A stretch of 64,000 nucleotides of DNA from the NCBI GenBank assembly GCA_964567595.1, contig CAZMNF010000005.1, positions 305-64,304 on the forward strand, written 5' to 3'. Origin of the DNA: an uncultured Thermotogae bacterium. Its GTDB lineage: Bacteria; Bipolaricaulota; Bipolaricaulia; RBG-16-55-9. Position 1 is the stretch's first letter. Every line of letters starts with the position of its first letter. The notes below the pieces were generated by a model. That model did not search any database, was not told the origin of the DNA, and saw only the letters and a program-made list of their open reading frames with translations. Positions 24,313 through 34,931 of the stretch are shown one piece after another. The position numbers and the translations under genes are program-made.

Positions 24313-25212
24313 TCAGGCGGAAGACTCGCCAAAGGCATCGCTGAAGGTCAGCGTCTGGAGGTCCGGGTCGACACGGCGGATCAACCGCGTGAGCACCTCG
24401 CCATGGCCCACCTCAACCCATCGCGTGGCCCCACGGGCTTTCAGCGTCTCGACGTAGTCCATCCAGCGGACTTGCGCCGTGATCTGCTCGCTGAGCAGCG
24501 CCTGGAGTCGCTCAGGGTCGCTCTCCGGTTCGCCGCTCACGGTGGATACCACCGGAAACGACGGTTGATGGAAATCAACACGCTCAATCTCCGGTTTCAA
24601 TTGGTCCTGCGCGGGTTGCATCATGGTGGAGTGGAACGGGCCCGACACATCCAGTTGAATCGCCCGCGCGCGCTGCTCAGCGGCCAATTCCTTCGCCTGC
24701 ATCACGGCGTCGTAGCGTCCGGAAATCGCCATCTGTCCCGGCCCATTGATGTTGGCGATCTCGGCGCCAGTCTGCTCACAGATCGCTTCAACGCGATCGC
24801 GATCCAGCTTCATGATCGCGACCATTGCCCCCTCACCCACGGGCACGGCCTCCTGCATCAGCTTCCCCCGTTTGTGCACCAGCTGCAGCGCATCCTCCAG
24901 CCCCAAGACGCCAGCGCAGACGAGCGCGGAGTATTCGCCGAGGCTGTGCCCCGCCCCCACATCAGGCTGCATCCGATCGGTAAGCAGCTCGTGCTTGACG
25001 ACGCTGTCGAGCAGAATGGCCGGCTGGGCGTTCTGCGTGAGCGTCAGTTGGTCCTCCGGTCCCTCGAACATGAGCGCCTGGATATCGAAGCCGAGCGCCT
25101 CGTTCGCTCGGCGGTAGAGGGGCTCGACGGTGGACTGGAACGCTCGAAAGAGGTCGCGTCCCATGCCGACGCCTTGGGAGCCTTGGCCCGGATACACAAA
25201 TGCGAGGTCCAT
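24313..25212 (-). CDS. fabD: Malonyl CoA-ACP transacylase
   Basis: FVYPGQGSQGVGMG, the GHSLGEYSALV active-site Ser motif and HSTMM. Confidence 0.92.
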   Translation of the reverse strand: MDLAFVYPGQGSQGVGMGRDLFRAFQSTVEPLYRRANEALGFDIQALMFEGPEDQLTLTQNAQPAILLDSVVKHELLTDRMQPDVGAGHSLGEYSALVCAGVLGLEDALQLVHKRGKLMQEAVPVGEGAMVAIMKLDRDRVEAICEQTGAEIANINGPGQMAISGRYDAVMQAKELAAEQRARAIQLDVSGPFHSTMMQPAQDQLKPEIERVDFHQPSFPVVSTVSGEPESDPERLQALLSEQITAQVRWMDYVETLKARGATRWVEVGHGEVLTRLIRRVDPDLQTLTFSDAFGESSA

Positions 25213-25289
25213 GCGAATCGCTCCTCCATTGGGATTGGTCGCATCAACGGCCGGCCGGTTTGTCGAGGGTCATGGCCCAGATGATGGCG

Positions 25290-25778
25290 TCACGTTCGTG
25301 GCTGCGTTTGGATCCATTCGGTCACTTGGGCCAAATGGTAATGGTCGTGCCCCAACGCGGTCACCGCAAGGTCGGCGACGGTGAAGGGGCCTCGCACCTC
25401 GTGTTGGCCCACGCGCTGCCAATCGTCGAACGCCAGGCTCTGGAGTTGATCGACCCATGCTGCCCGCTGAGCCTGAAACTGCTTCAGCGACGTTGCCGGA
25501 TCCGCGCTGGCGTAGTCACGCTCGCGCGCTCGTTGCCCGGGATCATGGTCCGGGATGGCGGCATCGCCCGCGTCCCCGGCGAGCATGATCTCCAGTCGCT
25601 GCCGCCAAATCCCGTCCCAATCCGCCATGTGGGCGAAGATTTCCCGAAGGGTGAAACGGTCCGCGACGGGCCGACGGTCCCAGATGGTCGGGTCCACGTC
25701 GTCCATCAGGTGCTCGAGCACGCCCGGGGACGCCCGCAGGCCGTCCAGCAAGTAGCGGCGAGTAAAGTCGCTAAGCAT
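25290..25778 (-). CDS. DinB-family protein
   Basis: 162 aa with DinB-like helices and His pattern (REIFAHMADWD...ALGHDHYHLAQV). AGGGAGG SD upstream. Confidence 0.65.
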   Translation of the reverse strand: MLSDFTRRYLLDGLRASPGVLEHLMDDVDPTIWDRRPVADRFTLREIFAHMADWDGIWRQRLEIMLAGDAGDAAIPDHDPGQRARERDYASADPATSLKQFQAQRAAWVDQLQSLAFDDWQRVGQHEVRGPFTVADLAVTALGHDHYHLAQVTEWIQTQPRT

Positions 25779-25891
25779 GGCTTCCTCCCTGATCAGCCGA
25801 GCTTATCCATGTTGGGACCTGCTGTGCCGACTAAGCAACAAATGGCTCGTCGGATGAAGGCGTCGATGGGTTCAGAAGGGAGCTGCCCGCG

Positions 25892-26884
25892 TTACCAGCG
25901 CAGCACGAGAGCCCCGTACGTCACGCCTGCCCCGAACGCGTTCAGAACCACGACGTCGCCCTCCTGGATTCGGCCGTCTTGGGTGGCTTCGGTAAGGGCA
26001 ATCGGAATGGACGCGGTCGAGGTGTTGCCGTAGCGGTCGACGTTGACGATCACGTTGTCGATGGGGATCTCGTAGCGCTCGGCGAAGGCTTTGAGAATAC
26101 GATAGTTGGCCTGATGGGGCACGACCCAGTCGACGTCGTCTCGGCAGAGCCCGGCGTCTTCTAGGGCTTGATGGGTTGTCTCCGCCATCATGGTGACGGC
26201 GCTTTTGAAGACGCCACCGCCCTCCATCTTCAGATAATGCTGGCGTTCCCCGAGGCTCTTCGATGTGGCAGGGATCTTGATCCCGCCGCCCGGCATGTGC
26301 AGCAGGTTCCATTTGGAGCTGTCCGCAGCCAGCGACGACGCCAAAATACCGCGCTCGTTCGGCATTGGGCGCACCACCGCCGCACCACAGCCGTCGCCGA
26401 ACAGCACGCACGTGGAGCGATCCTCCCAGTCGGTGAATCGGGAGAGCGCCTCGTGGCCGATGACGAGGATGTTCTCGTGGCGTCCGGAGTTGATCAGGTC
26501 ATGGGCGATGGTCGTGGCGTAGACGAAGCCAGTGCAGCCGGCGATCATGTCGAAGAACGGCACGTCGCTGTCAATGCCGAGCCCCTCGCAAACGAAGGGG
26601 GACGTTCCGGGAATCGGCATTTCGGGAAGATTGGTCGCGGTGATGACGAAGTCAATGTCGTTCGGCGTCAGTTCGACCGCGTCGATCGCCCGTTGGGCCG
26701 CTTGGATGCCGATGTCGATGGGGTCTTCGTTCTTGTCGAGAATGTGGCGTTCTTGGATCCCCGTGCGCGAGGTGATCCACTCATCCGACGTCTCGACCAT
26801 CTGCTCCAGATCCTGGTTCGTCAGGACGTGCTCGGGCACGGCGGAGCCAATGCCGGCGATGCCGGGGCGCAAGGCCGAGCTCAT
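25892..26884 (-). CDS. fabH: 3-oxoacyl-ACP synthase III
   Basis: TSDEWITSRTGIQERH, active-site AGCTGFVYA, and HQANYRI and GNTSTASIP motifs. Confidence 0.92.
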   Translation of the reverse strand: MSSALRPGIAGIGSAVPEHVLTNQDLEQMVETSDEWITSRTGIQERHILDKNEDPIDIGIQAAQRAIDAVELTPNDIDFVITATNLPEMPIPGTSPFVCEGLGIDSDVPFFDMIAGCTGFVYATTIAHDLINSGRHENILVIGHEALSRFTDWEDRSTCVLFGDGCGAAVVRPMPNERGILASSLAADSSKWNLLHMPGGGIKIPATSKSLGERQHYLKMEGGGVFKSAVTMMAETTHQALEDAGLCRDDVDWVVPHQANYRILKAFAERYEIPIDNVIVNVDRYGNTSTASIPIALTEATQDGRIQEGDVVVLNAFGAGVTYGALVLRW

Positions 26885-27921
26885 GAGTTCACCCCCGTCG
26901 GCTCGCGGTCCATGGGATCCGAGGTCGGCGCGTCCTCGAGGCCGCGCCCGATCTTGTCGATCAACTGGTGGCTGACCGACTCGCCCGCGGTGCGCACGGC
27001 GTTCTTGATGGCCTCCGCGTCGGAGTTGCCGTGGGCGACGATGACCGATCCCTGGACGCCCAACAGCGGCGCTCCGCCGTAGCGGGCGGCGCTCAGGCTC
27101 CGCTTGAACTTCTTCAGGGCGGGCATGATGATGAAGGATCCGAGTCGGGCCAGGATGTCGCGGGCGATTGCCCGACGCAGGAACTCCACGGTCGAGGCCG
27201 TGCCGCCCTCGTAGGACTTCAAGAGCACGTTGCCCACGAAGCCGTCGCAGACGACGACGTCGACATCGCCATTCAAGATACGGTTCCCCTCGATGTTGCC
27301 GATAAACCCTTCCAGCTGTTCCAGCAGGAAGAACGTCTTCAGCGAGAGCGAGTTCCCTTTGCTCCGCTCCGAGCCGATGTTGATCAGCCCGAGGCGAGGC
27401 TCATCCATGCCAAGGATCTCCCGGGCGTAGACGCGGCCCATGATGGCAAACTCCTTCAGGTTCTGCGGCGAGCAGTCCGCGTTGGCGCCGACGTCGATCA
27501 GCAGCACATTGTGCCCGCTAACCGTCGGAATGACGGCCGCAATGCCCGGGCGATCGATGCCCTCAATCCGCTTGAGCTTGAACAGCGATGTTGCCATGAC
27601 CGCCCCCGTGTTGGCCGGGCTGACGAACGCGTCCGCGAGCCCGTCGCGCACGGCCTCGACGCCGCGCACAAGCGAACTCTCCGGTTTGTTCCGGATGACG
27701 TCCTTCGGGGAGTCTTCCATGGAGACGACGTCCGGCGCGTCGAGCACGGTCATGTGCTTTCGGGCGCGGCGGCTCAGTTCGCTTTCGATGCGCTGGCGGT
27801 CACCGGCCAGGATGACGTTCAGGTCGTAATCGGATGCTGCCTTCTCGCCGCCGCTGACGACCTCGCCAAGGTCGCGGTCGCCTCCTTGGGTGTCAAGCAC
27901 GATGCGTGGCTGTCGTTCCAT
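26881..27921 (-). CDS. plsX: Phosphate acyltransferase
   Basis: [35 protein letters not shown] and [18 protein letters not shown]. 4-nt overlap with fabH. Confidence 0.92.
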   Translation of the reverse strand: MERQPRIVLDTQGGDRDLGEVVSGGEKAASDYDLNVILAGDRQRIESELSRRARKHMTVLDAPDVVSMEDSPKDVIRNKPESSLVRGVEAVRDGLADAFVSPANTGAVMATSLFKLKRIEGIDRPGIAAVIPTVSGHNVLLIDVGANADCSPQNLKEFAIMGRVYAREILGMDEPRLGLINIGSERSKGNSLSLKTFFLLEQLEGFIGNIEGNRILNGDVDVVVCDGFVGNVLLKSYEGGTASTVEFLRRAIARDILARLGSFIIMPALKKFKRSLSAARYGGAPLLGVQGSVIVAHGNSDAEAIKNAVRTAGESVSHQLIDKIGRGLEDAPTSDPMDREPTGVNS

Positions 27922-27951
27922 CGAGGGTCCTTTCCGACTGGAGGGTCAACG

Positions 27952-28039
27952 TGGTGCCGAGGGGGGGATTCGAACCCCCACGGGGATTGCCCCCACACGC
28001 CCCTCAAGCGTGCGCGTCTGCCGATTCCGCCACCTCGGC
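27952..28039 (-). tRNA. tRNA-Leu (anticodon GAG), CCA encoded
   Basis: Folded by hand. Acceptor GCCGAGG/CCTCGGC; D stem GCG/CGC; anticodon stem CACGC/GCGTG with loop TTGAGGG; long variable arm GGGG-CAAT-CCCC; T arm GGGGG-TTCGAAT-CCCCC; 3' ACCA. Confidence 0.85.
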
Positions 28040-28063
28040 ATTGCCGCCTTCACAGACTGTTGA

Positions 28064-28092
28064 ATCATAGCGGACCCTCCCAACCCATGCAA
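28064..28092 (-). promoter_or_regulatory. Sigma-70-like promoter for tRNA-Leu (and possibly plsX operon)
   Basis: Minus strand reads TTGCAT-17 nt-TATGAT. The -10 ends 24 nt upstream of the mature tRNA 5' end. Confidence 0.5.
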
Positions 28093-28121
28093 GCAATTGC
28101 GGCAAAGGGCCTTCGATGCGC

Positions 28122-29870
28122 TCAGGTTCGCCCGCGGATGAGGTCGCCTCTGGTAAGGTAGCCGACCAGGCGCCGACGATCCCCGCGGTCGACCACGGGG
28201 AGATGGCCCACCCCATTGACTCGCATGCGCTCCCAGACCGTGTCCAACGTCTCATCGGGATAGCCGACCACCAGATCCTGATGCGCGACTTCTTTGACGG
28301 GCAGATCGCGCCCGTTCCGTCGGGTCCGAATGGCGTGATTGATGTCCTGGCCCGTGACAATGCCGACCAGGCTGTTGTTGTCGCTCACCACGGGGAAGCC
28401 GTGATGGCCGGATTCGAGGATGCGTCGTCTCACGTGGCGCAGCGTCATCCACGGCGGCACGGTCTGCACGTCCGTGACCATAACATCGCGGACGAATCGG
28501 GTGCGCATCACGTTGACTTCGAGGTCGTGCTCGACGTGGACACCGCGCCGTTCCAATTTCTTCGTGTAGATCGTGTCGCTGTACAGGTGCCAGGCAACGA
28601 CGTCGGCCACGACGCAGGCGAACATCAAGGGAAGGATAATGTTGTAGTCGCCCGTCATCTCAAACAGCATCAGAATCGAAGTGAACGTTGCGCGGGACGC
28701 GGCGGAGAACAGCGCTGCCATGCCGACAAGGGCATAGGCCGGGTACGGAGCCGTGACGCCGGGAAACAACAAATTGACGAGCACGCCGAACGCCCCACCG
28801 AGCGCGGCCCCGATGAACAACGACGGGGCAAAGACGCCGCCGGATCCCCCCGAGCCAAGCGTCAACGATAGCGCTAGGGTCTTGACGCCCGCCAGCACGA
28901 CGAGGAAGACGACCAGTCCCAATCCAGCCTCGCCGATGTTACGGCTCAGGATGGCGTCGACGGACTCGTAACCCACTCCGAAGACCTGCGGAAAAGCCAA
29001 GCCGATCACCCCGAGAGCCAGCCCGCCCACAATTGGCTTAATCACGGGATGGGCCTTCCAGCGGTCGAAGATATCTTCCATGCCGTAGAGCGTCTCGATT
29101 AACAGTACGCCGACCCCGGACGCCATCAACCCCAGAACGAGATAGAAGACCAGTTCAACGGGGTGGGCGAACGCGTAGGCCGGAATAGCAAAGGCGGGCT
29201 CGCTGCCGAACACGAGCCGAGAAATCACGGTGGCGACGACGCTCGCGATCACGAGGGGAACGAACGACTTGGTGCGGAACTCCAGCAAGATCAGCTCGAT
29301 CGCGAACACGACCCCAGCCAGCGGCGTGTTGAAGGTCGCCGTGATCCCAGCAGCTGCGCCACAGCCGACGAGGACTTTGACGTCACGACTTCTCAGACCG
29401 AACAGTTGCCCCAACGCCGAGCCAGAGGCTGAGCCCATCTGGACGATCGGGCCCTCTCGGCCGGAGGATCCGCCGGTGCCGATGCAAAATGCTGAGGCCA
29501 AAGCCTTGGCCAGCACGACGATAGGCCGAATGCGCCCGCCGTGCATGGCGATGGCCTCCATGGCCTCTGGAACACCGTGCCCTTTGGTCTCCGGCGCCAA
29601 GTACGTGGTGATCACCCCGACCAGCAGGCCGCCGGCAGCCGGGATCAGGACGACAAGCCAACCCAGCCCGTGATCGATCGGGGGGATGAACCCCAGGGCA
29701 ACCTCCTGATGGAAAAAGAGGTTGTTGACGCTGAAAAGGAACCATCGGAAAAGGATTGCAGCTAGGCCGGCCGCAATGCCAATTAGGACAGCTAATCCGT
29801 TGAGTGGCAGGCTCTGTCGTAGGAGCTGGCCGACTTGATAGGCGAAATGCCTCGAGGGCTTGCCACGCAT
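28122..29870 (-). CDS. ClC-family chloride channel/antiporter with C-terminal CBS pair
   Basis: GSSGREGPIVQMG, GITATFNTPLAGVVFAIE and GGVFAPSLFIGA selectivity motifs. C-terminal tandem CBS (HHGFPVV..., GHLPVVD...). ATG 29870 follows an AAGGGGA SD. Confidence 0.88.
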   Translation of the reverse strand: MRGKPSRHFAYQVGQLLRQSLPLNGLAVLIGIAAGLAAILFRWFLFSVNNLFFHQEVALGFIPPIDHGLGWLVVLIPAAGGLLVGVITTYLAPETKGHGVPEAMEAIAMHGGRIRPIVVLAKALASAFCIGTGGSSGREGPIVQMGSASGSALGQLFGLRSRDVKVLVGCGAAAGITATFNTPLAGVVFAIELILLEFRTKSFVPLVIASVVATVISRLVFGSEPAFAIPAYAFAHPVELVFYLVLGLMASGVGVLLIETLYGMEDIFDRWKAHPVIKPIVGGLALGVIGLAFPQVFGVGYESVDAILSRNIGEAGLGLVVFLVVLAGVKTLALSLTLGSGGSGGVFAPSLFIGAALGGAFGVLVNLLFPGVTAPYPAYALVGMAALFSAASRATFTSILMLFEMTGDYNIILPLMFACVVADVVAWHLYSDTIYTKKLERRGVHVEHDLEVNVMRTRFVRDVMVTDVQTVPPWMTLRHVRRRILESGHHGFPVVSDNNSLVGIVTGQDINHAIRTRRNGRDLPVKEVAHQDLVVGYPDETLDTVWERMRVNGVGHLPVVDRGDRRRLVGYLTRGDLIRGRT

Positions 29871-29889
29871 AGCTGTGAATGATCCCCTT

Positions 29890-29918
29890 AATGTAGCTTC
29901 TCTCCGTCGGCAAAACAA
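29890..29918 (-). promoter_or_regulatory. Candidate promoter for the ClC gene
   Basis: Minus strand reads TTGTTT-17 nt-TACATT, 19 nt upstream of ATG 29870. Confidence 0.35.
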
Positions 29919-29948
29919 GTTTCAAGGGGACCCATCCGGGATCGACGG

Positions 29949-29977
29949 TTGCAGCCAAGGGATTGCCCAAGTATCAT
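29949..29977 (+). promoter_or_regulatory. Candidate promoter for the PIN-ATPase-KH gene
   Basis: TTGCAG-17 nt-TATCAT, 52 nt upstream of ATG 30030. Confidence 0.4.
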
Positions 29978-30029
29978 GACAAGGTTCAAGCGACGGCTTC
30001 ATAAACAACTCGAATGACCACAACCCGAC

Positions 30030-31880
30030 ATGGCTCAGCCTACAAATCGCCCCACCGGCCAGTCCTTCGTGCTCGACACGAGCGTCATCTCCGACGGTCG
30101 CGTCACGGAGGAGTTGCGCGAGGGCCGGTTCCGCGGCGCGACGTTCATCATTCCCGAAGCCGCCGTGGCCGAGCTCGAAACCCAAGCTGAAAGCGGCCAG
30201 GAAGCCGGCTACGCCGGGCTCAACGAGCTTAAGCAGCTCCAGAGCGCCAGCTGGGAGGGGACCATCGACGTGGCCTACAGTGGCGAACGCCCCTCTCAGA
30301 TGACGCTGCGCAACTTCGACAAGGCCCACATCGACGCCATGATCCGCCAGCTGGCCGAGGCCAAGGGGGCGACGCTGCTCACCAGCGATCGCGTCCAGTC
30401 GTTGGTCTGCGAGGCGCGTGGCGTGCCCGTCTACAGCTTTGAGACGTCGGGGGTCAGCGCGGATCGCATTGACTCCCTATCGTTGATGGCGTTTTTCGAC
30501 GAGACCACCATGTCGGTCCACCTGCGGGCCCACACCCGTCCGCGCGCCAAGCGGGGCGAGCCCGGTGAAATGGAGATCGTCCCCATTCGCGAGGAGGTCC
30601 TCACCGAGCGCGAGGTCACCTCGATATCGCGCGAGATCGTCGAGGCGGCCAAACAGCATCCCGACGGCTTCATTGAGATGGACTCCGGCGGGTCCACTGT
30701 GCTGCAGCTCGGCAAGCTGCGGGTCTCCATCGCCCGCCCGCCGTTTTCCGACGCCGTGGAGATCACGGCCGTGCGGCCCGTGGCCCATACCGAGCTCATT
30801 GACTATGCCTACTCCGACCTGCTGAAGGAACGCATGCGCCAGCGCTATCGCGGCGTGCTCGTGGCCGGCTCGCCCGGAGCGGGCAAGTCGACGTTCGTGC
30901 AGGCGACGGCGGACTATCTGGAGTCGGCGGGGTGGGTCATCAAGACGATGGAGAAGCCGCGCGACTTGGTCGTTAGCGACGAGATTACCCAATACACGGC
31001 CCTCGAGGGCGACATGGCCAACACGGCCGACGTGCTGCTGTTGGTGCGGCCCGACTACACGATCTTTGACGAAATGCGCCGCACGGCGGACTTCCAGGTC
31101 TTTGCCGACATGCGATTGGCCGGCGTCGGCATGGTCGGCGTCGTCCATGCCACGCGCGGCATTGACGCGCTCCAGCGCCTGATCGGCCGCGTCGAACTGG
31201 GCATGATTCCCCAGGTCGTCGACACGGTGGTGTTCATCGACGAGGGCGACATTCGCCAAGTCTACGAGCTCGAGTTCAACGTCAAGGTGCCCACGGGGAT
31301 GGGCGACTCCGACTTGGCTCGGCCCGTGATCCAGGTCAGCGACCACGAGTCCAAGCAGTTGGCCTACGAGATCTACACCTTCGGCGAGCAGGTCGTCGTC
31401 ATGCCCATCGGCGACGTCGCGTCGGCGAAGCCCATCTGGCAACTGGCGGAGAAGTCGCTCGAGTACGAGATCGGCAAGATCTTCCGCGACCACATCGTCG
31501 TCGAAGTGACCTCCGACGAGCGGGCCAAGCTCTACGTCGAGGACAACCGGATTCCGCAAGTGTTGGGCAAGGGCGGGGAACGTATCCGCCAGCTGGAAGA
31601 GCAGTTCGGCATGAGCTTCGACGTCCGCTCCATGGACGACATGGACCTGTCCGCGGGCCAAGAGCTCAACGTCGACATCAATGACAAGCAGGTCGTTCTC
31701 GACCTCGACCCCGACCTGCGCGGCAAGACGATCGAACTGACGGTCGATGGCGAGGCCGTTTTCATCGGCTCGGTCTCGAAGTCGGGCAGCATCAAGCTGC
31801 GCCGCGGCAGCGATCCGGCCGAGGAGGTCGTTGACGCGGTCGAGCGTGGCCGACCCGTCCGGGCACGGCGGGCCGGTTGA
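30030..31880 (+). CDS. PIN domain - PilT-like P-loop ATPase - KH domain protein (COG1855-like)
   Basis: N-terminal PIN acidic residues (FVLDTSV, IIPEAAVAELE, LLTSD). Walker A GSPGAGKST and Walker B-like TIFDEMR. C-terminal KH GxxG motif VLGKGGERIRQLEEQFG. Confidence 0.8.
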   Translation: MAQPTNRPTGQSFVLDTSVISDGRVTEELREGRFRGATFIIPEAAVAELETQAESGQEAGYAGLNELKQLQSASWEGTIDVAYSGERPSQMTLRNFDKAHIDAMIRQLAEAKGATLLTSDRVQSLVCEARGVPVYSFETSGVSADRIDSLSLMAFFDETTMSVHLRAHTRPRAKRGEPGEMEIVPIREEVLTEREVTSISREIVEAAKQHPDGFIEMDSGGSTVLQLGKLRVSIARPPFSDAVEITAVRPVAHTELIDYAYSDLLKERMRQRYRGVLVAGSPGAGKSTFVQATADYLESAGWVIKTMEKPRDLVVSDEITQYTALEGDMANTADVLLLVRPDYTIFDEMRRTADFQVFADMRLAGVGMVGVVHATRGIDALQRLIGRVELGMIPQVVDTVVFIDEGDIRQVYELEFNVKVPTGMGDSDLARPVIQVSDHESKQLAYEIYTFGEQVVVMPIGDVASAKPIWQLAEKSLEYEIGKIFRDHIVVEVTSDERAKLYVEDNRIPQVLGKGGERIRQLEEQFGMSFDVRSMDDMDLSAGQELNVDINDKQVVLDLDPDLRGKTIELTVDGEAVFIGSVSKSGSIKLRRGSDPAEEVVDAVERGRPVRARRAG

Positions 31881-31906
31881 TCCATCCTCTGGAGGGCTGA
31901 CGCCAC

Positions 31907-32269
31907 ATGACGCTCATTGACGTCCACCAATGGCTCGGTTACGCCATCTTCCTCGTCGGGGTTATCGTCACGATCTGGAGCTTTGTTGCCGCTCGAGGGG
32001 GAGAGCCCGGCGCGCTGCGCGGCCTCGCCGGCAGCTTTGCGGGGCTCATGCACCTCCAAGTTCTGCTCGGATTGGCCGTCTGGTTCGGGGTGTTCGGCAT
32101 CCAAGGCCAGCGCAACATTCTCCACTTGATTGCCGCTGTTCTCGCCGCTGTCATTGGCCAATTGGCTGCCCGCCAGCTACGCTCCTCCGAGAGCGTGCCC
32201 AACGCCCGTTGGTTCCATCTGGGAACGCTTGCTCTCCTGGTCGCGGCGATCGGCATCGCCTCGATGTAG
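31907..32269 (+). CDS. Small four-helix integral membrane protein
   Basis: 120 aa with four hydrophobic helices. ATG lies 26 nt after the upstream stop. No recognised family. Confidence 0.6.
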   Translation: MTLIDVHQWLGYAIFLVGVIVTIWSFVAARGGEPGALRGLAGSFAGLMHLQVLLGLAVWFGVFGIQGQRNILHLIAAVLAAVIGQLAARQLRSSESVPNARWFHLGTLALLVAAIGIASM

Positions 32270-32358
32270 GCATCGCGAGCTCATTCGTCTTGTGGCCCGT
32301 TTTGAACTTAGGTATCCTGAGCGGCGCGGTTACAATCCCGAAGGAGGAAGGACATTCG

Positions 32359-33279
32359 ATGGCTCAGCGGCCCGACACAGAGTGGGATGAGACGCTGGAC
32401 GAGGACAGCGACGCCGAAGCGGGAAGCGACGATCCCGTCCAGACCTATCTCAAGGAAATCGGCCGCGTCAACCTCCTCACCCCCGAGGGCGAAAAGGGCC
32501 TCGCCCGTCGCGTCCAAGAAGGCAACGAGGAGGCCAAGGCCGAGTTGGCGGCGGCCAACCTCCGCCTCGTCGTCTCCATCGCCAAGCGCTACACCGGGCT
32601 CGGCCTGCCGTTGTTGGACCTCATCCAAGAGGGCAACGTTGGGCTGATGCGGGCGATCGAAAAGTTCGACCCGGAGCGCGGGTTCAAGTTCAGCACTTAC
32701 GCCACCTGGTGGATCCGCCAAGCGATCACCCGAGCGATCACGCAGACGTCGCGCTCCATTCGGCTCCCGGAGTCGCTGATCCAGCGACTGCGGCAGATCC
32801 ACCAGGCCGAGTCATCGTGGATCGACAGGTACGGCGAGCCGCCCACCGACGAGGACCTCGCCGAGGAGCTGGACATCCCGGTGGAGCAAGTCCACGAAGC
32901 CCGCCAGGCGCCGCAGTTTACGACCTCGCTGGACAAGCCCTTGGACGAAGAGGACGAGGGCGACGAGCTGCAGCAGCTCATCGGCAACGGCAGCCTGCCC
33001 GCGCCGCTGCGCACGGCCCTGAAGGAGCTCCGTCGCGAGGAGCTGCGCAAGGCGCTCGACGTTCTGACCGAACGTGAGCGCATGGTCCTCAGCCTGCGCT
33101 ACGGCCTGGACGACGACGAACCCCGCACTCTGGAGGACACGGGCCAAGAGCTCGGCATCAGCCGCGAACGGGTCCGCCAGATCCAGAACGAGGCGTTGGA
33201 AAAAATGCGCCATCCCCGGGTCAAGGAGCGGCTGGAGCAGTTCCTGCATCTGTCGTCGTCCGAGGAAACTGAGGGCTAA
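32359..33279 (+). CDS. RNA polymerase sigma-70 family factor (RpoD/SigA-like, short N-terminus)
   Basis: ATG 32359 follows an AAGGAGG SD. Region 2 [56 protein letters not shown] and region 4 [23 protein letters not shown]. The track's upstream extension (31930) is rejected. Confidence 0.9.
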   Translation: MAQRPDTEWDETLDEDSDAEAGSDDPVQTYLKEIGRVNLLTPEGEKGLARRVQEGNEEAKAELAAANLRLVVSIAKRYTGLGLPLLDLIQEGNVGLMRAIEKFDPERGFKFSTYATWWIRQAITRAITQTSRSIRLPESLIQRLRQIHQAESSWIDRYGEPPTDEDLAEELDIPVEQVHEARQAPQFTTSLDKPLDEEDEGDELQQLIGNGSLPAPLRTALKELRREELRKALDVLTERERMVLSLRYGLDDDEPRTLEDTGQELGISRERVRQIQNEALEKMRHPRVKERLEQFLHLSSSEETEG

Positions 33280-34880
33280 AACCCGCCCCGTGCGATCACA
33301 ATCCCGACTTGCAGGAGCCCGATCAGGAAGCCGAGCAGCGCCCCAAACCACGTGATCGCTTGCAATTGGCGGCTCGTGATGGACAGGATCAGCTTTTCAA
33401 CCTCGGCAATGGGAAGCGCATCCACCTGTTCGCGCACGAGGCGGCGCACGTCGATCGCCTGGACCATTCTCGGCGTCTCATGCTTGAGGAGATCGATCGT
33501 CCGATCGGCCAGCCACTGTTGGCCCGCCTGGATATCGTCCCCGGGCACCAGATCGGCGAGCCGCCCAATGGGACGCTTAGACCAGGTGTCGACGCGCTTG
33601 CCCAGGAAGTCGGCGATGGCGCTCGACGTTCGTTCGTTGCGAAGCGAGGTCATGATGAGCTCGGTCATGCGGTTGGTGAGCCATTCGCTGGAGAGAGACG
33701 GGATGATCTCCTGCAGCGATCGGTCGCGATGCTCGGCCAGTTGAGCGCGCACCAGCTCGGTCAGCTGATCCCGCAAGCGATCGCTGCGAGCTGTGCCGAC
33801 GGTCATGTCCGTGATTCGGGCCTTGAGCGATGCGACCGTCGCTTCGGACAGGCCCAGCTCGGCCGGGCGTCGTTGCAGAAAACGCTCGATGGCCCCTTTC
33901 AGGGCGCCGTGGGCCTGCTCCTGCATCTCCGGCTCCTGCAGCAGCTCGGCCAAGCGCGGGGCGGCCTCGTCCACGGCCTGGTCGATGCGGTTCTTGATGT
34001 CGTCCGTGCTGAGGAAAAACGTCTCCATGAGCCCGAACTTGAACTGGTCCCACATGGAGTCCTCGCGGAACGTCTCCGAGATCATCCGGTCGGCCAGCTC
34101 GTAGAGGTGGACCTTGAGCCGCTTCTTGATGGCCTCGTCCTCCAAGAGCACGGCGATCTTGTCCAACAGCACGGGCATCCACTCGTCCAGCTTGTCGTAG
34201 GCGATCTCCCGGAGGTCGTCCGGAACGTAGGTGCCAATTGGCTGGTCAGTCGCCAAGACGGCGTCGACTTTGGCATCGACGAGCTCGCGCACTCGACGCT
34301 CAAAGGCGCGGCTCTCCGAGAAACGGACGGCGGCATGGCTCAGTCGGTCGGGCAGCTCGTCCAAGAACGACTCGGGCACGACATTGTCGATGGGCTCGGT
34401 CAGCCACGTGGACGCGTGTTCCTCGACGAGGTCGCGGATCCAGACCTCGGTGCGCGGATCGTCCAGAATCGCCTGGATTTCGCTGCGGACCCGACGCTGC
34501 AGCGCCGCCATCCAGTCGTCCCAGCGGTCGGCGAACTCATCCGGCAGCAGCGTCTGGAGCGAACCGAGTTCGCGGTGGACCCACCCGTCCAGGTGTTCGG
34601 CCACGCTGGACTCGATGGCGTTGCGAACGTCCGGCGTTTCCAACCGCGCGGCGACCGTGTCCTCGTTAACCAAATGGATGGCGATCGTGGCGCCCAGTCG
34701 CTCCGCCATCTCGCCGCGACGGCTCGGGATGAGCCCGGGCGTAAACGGCAACCGTCGCCCGAAGAGCCGTTTCTCCCCGTAGGGCTTGAACAGCATCCAG
34801 ATGGCAATGCGGTTGGTGGTGTAGCCGATGACGGCGGCGACCAGCGGAACCCCGATAAACAGCAGCCAATCCCATGTCAT
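33276..34880 (-). CDS. DUF445-family membrane protein
   Basis: ATG 34880 ([34 protein letters not shown]...[19 protein letters not shown]) and a C-terminal helix [17 protein letters not shown]. Confidence 0.75.
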   Translation of the reverse strand: MTWDWLLFIGVPLVAAVIGYTTNRIAIWMLFKPYGEKRLFGRRLPFTPGLIPSRRGEMAERLGATIAIHLVNEDTVAARLETPDVRNAIESSVAEHLDGWVHRELGSLQTLLPDEFADRWDDWMAALQRRVRSEIQAILDDPRTEVWIRDLVEEHASTWLTEPIDNVVPESFLDELPDRLSHAAVRFSESRAFERRVRELVDAKVDAVLATDQPIGTYVPDDLREIAYDKLDEWMPVLLDKIAVLLEDEAIKKRLKVHLYELADRMISETFREDSMWDQFKFGLMETFFLSTDDIKNRIDQAVDEAAPRLAELLQEPEMQEQAHGALKGAIERFLQRRPAELGLSEATVASLKARITDMTVGTARSDRLRDQLTELVRAQLAEHRDRSLQEIIPSLSSEWLTNRMTELIMTSLRNERTSSAIADFLGKRVDTWSKRPIGRLADLVPGDDIQAGQQWLADRTIDLLKHETPRMVQAIDVRRLVREQVDALPIAEVEKLILSITSRQLQAITWFGALLGFLIGLLQVGIVIARGGF

Positions 34881-34917
34881 AAGCGTCGGCAGATTAGCAG
34901 ATCGGGGGCAAAGGCGC

Positions 34918-34931
34918 CACAGCGCGCTGTG
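34918..34931. promoter_or_regulatory. Perfect 14-bp palindrome abutting a -10-like box
   Basis: CACAGCGCGCTGTG lies 3 nt upstream of TAGCAT (34935-34940), which ends 6 nt before ATG 34947. It sits in the divergent DUF445/glutaredoxin-like gap. Confidence 0.35.

Noticed and set aside
27922-28121. tRNA-Leu flanks, inspected for an integrated element (integrase, att-like direct repeats)
   Set aside because: The neighbours are plsX and a ClC channel. There is no integrase or phage gene and no repeat of the tRNA 3' end visible in the window.
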